This document shows positions 62,131 to 64,000 of a DNA stretch of 64,000 nt, piece after piece. The notes under the pieces were generated by a model. That model worked only from the letters and a program-made list of their open reading frames with translations, was not told the DNA's origin and ran no database searches. A program made the position numbers and the translations under genes. Source of the stretch: the human T2T-CHM13v2.0 reference genome, Homo sapiens; assembly GCF_009914755.1 (NCBI RefSeq), contig NC_060939.1, one strand, 5' to 3'. Position 1 is the stretch's first letter. Each line of letters starts with the position of its first letter.

Positions 62131-63656
62131 TTTACTCTTCAAAGGGAGTGTGCATTCTGAAATGTTTGAAAAGTTTTCAGGATTTATCTTCCCTGCAATT
62201 CTCCTTTGGCCTCAGAATCTTCATTTATCTGATGAAAGGAGGCAATACAAATAAATGAGTTGGAAACTAGAAACATCTCTGCAGTCAACATTTGGAAACA
62301 TCATTGTAGGTGTTTATGAAAGCATCAATAAAGTTCAGTTTAATGAAATAACAACAAAAACAACCTGTAATTCGGTCCCATTGCAGGGTGTTCTGAGCAT
62401 TTTCTCCAGAAATTGGCCACGTTAGAGTTAAACCTGACTTTGAATCAGGTTAGAGAGCCTTAGTCTCTTTAGCAAAAATGGACATAGAGATATGTGATTT
62501 ATTTGTACTTCTTTTGATCTGCTGACCTGCTTTTGGAACTTACAGACAAAATTTCATATTATTTTCTATTTGTGATGTTTCAAACTCAGTAAGTGATAAC
62601 TAAAATAAACCTAGAATATAGGAAAATCTCATGCAGTGATGTACAGTCACACCAAACTCTGCTGTTAAGTAGAAATAAAGGAAAGGAAATGGTGAATTCA
62701 CCTGACAGTTTCATTTAATCAGTCCTGTTTACAGGGCGGCAGTGGTGGGTGCAGCTGTGTGACCAGCATTGTGCCGAAGGCTTTGGGGAACAGAACTGAG
62801 CTGGATTTTTTGGGAGAGGACACAGAAGTGTGCCAGGAGGGCCCGTGCTCTCACTTCATTCTTCTCAGTACTCGGGCGCAGGGGTGGAGGAAGGAGAAGA
62901 AAGGCGGGGTGGGTCTCGCTGCGGAGAGCTGAATTCCTGGCAGTGATGGTAGAGTTGGCTTCACAAGCCTAGAAACCAGGAAGTGGGGGCAGGGCACTCA
63001 TGTTTACTGAGCACCTACCCATGCCAGGCGCTGTGCTGGGTAATTTATGTGTCACTTAGTCCTCAAAAACTCACTGAGTCGTTAATTTTTTTAACCCTCA
63101 TTTTCTGATGAGGAAACTGAGTGTGTGGTGAAGTAACCCAGGATTCAGACCAGGCCCCGCTGATGGCCCAGCCTGTGCTCTCCCCTCCCTATGCCACCTG
63201 CGACCATTCGCAGTGATGAGGACCTTGTACAAGGGAGCCAGGAGTTGTGGGGGCACTCTAGGGAAACCCCAACTTTTCTTGCCTTCAAGCTTCTTGCAGT
63301 TTTTAGTCTATTTGGAGGCAAGGATAATGACCCCAGGGAATGTTTTTCTCTCCCCTTTCTCCCGCCCCCAGGAACACACCACATTTGGTCCACAGAAGGA
63401 CTGACTTCTGATTTTGTATATTACGTGGCTGTTATCAAGGAAAGTAAAGATGATAAATGATCTTGAGAATCTATTCTGGAATGTGTGATAACTTTGACAT
63501 TGAATGAAAAAGGCAAAAGGAAATGGAGGCAATTCATCAGCAAATTTGTACATGTCAGGATGGAGTGGTACATCAAACCGTTGTCCAAATTGCCAAGAAT
63601 ATTCAGGCAAAAGACTTGGAGTGTTTCTTTGATTGATTTAACAATGTATTTTTTTT

Positions 63657-63944
63657 GGCTGGGCATGGTGGCTCACGCCTGTAATCCCAGCACTTTGGGA
63701 GGCCGAGGTGGGCAGATCACGAGGTCAGGAGATTGAGACCATCCTGGCTAACGTGGTGAAACCCCGTCTCTACTAAAATTACAAAAAATTAGCCAGGCTT
63801 GGTGGTGGGCACCTATAGTCCCAGGCTGAGGCAGGAGAATGGTGTGAACCCGGGAGGTGGAGCTTGCGGTGAACCGAGATCGCGCCACTGCACTCCAGCC
63901 TGGGCAACAGAGCGAGACTCCGTCTCAAAAAAAAAAAAAAAAAA
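63657..63944 (+). mobile_element. AluY-like with a short right-arm deletion
   Basis: ggctaac…, gaatggtgtgaacc, ggagcttgc; gtcccaggctgagg lacks about 11 nt; TSD caatgtat. Confidence 0.88.
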
Positions 63945-64000
63945 CCAATGTATATTTTTTCAGTTCTCAGTTCCCTCTTTTTCCTGTCAGTGCTCTCATT

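Noticed and set aside
61927-62254. Two overlapping ORFs (77 and 105 aa) as independent genes
   Set aside because: One is exon 3 with intron flanks; the other is an alternative frame with no independent support, noted only in the micro-exon finding.

Overview
Primate, almost certainly human, genomic DNA from inside CRTC3 (CREB-regulated transcription coactivator 3), transcribed on the + strand. The window holds the distal part of intron 1 (1-8074), coding exon 2 (8075-8173), the whole 53.8-kb intron 2 (8174-62001), coding exon 3 (62002-62121) and the start of intron 3, which opens with a perfect minor-spliceosome (U12, AT-AC class) donor, ATATCCTTT. Exon 2 carries the Asn72 allele. The rest is mostly interspersed repeats: roughly 50 Alus, a full-length Tigger1 split by six Alus, MER2/MER33/MER102/Charlie-type DNA transposon relics, MLT1 LTRs, and L1M, L2 and MIR fragments. 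Apart from the two CRTC3 exon frames, the ORF-track entries look like repeat-derived or chance ORFs. I see no evidence of a new multi-gene system. The best leads are: (i) unannotated-looking splice architecture in and around the long intron (8-nt micro-exon or recursive site at 48467, AG|GT sites at 18751, 25434 and 29488, poly(A) signals just behind the U12 donor); (ii) apparent gene conversion between two adjacent inverted Alus; (iii) a tiny TSD-flanked retrocopy of an LTR transcript 3' end; (iv) several local duplication or templated-insertion scars. Repeat subfamily names and boundaries were called by eye and are approximate.
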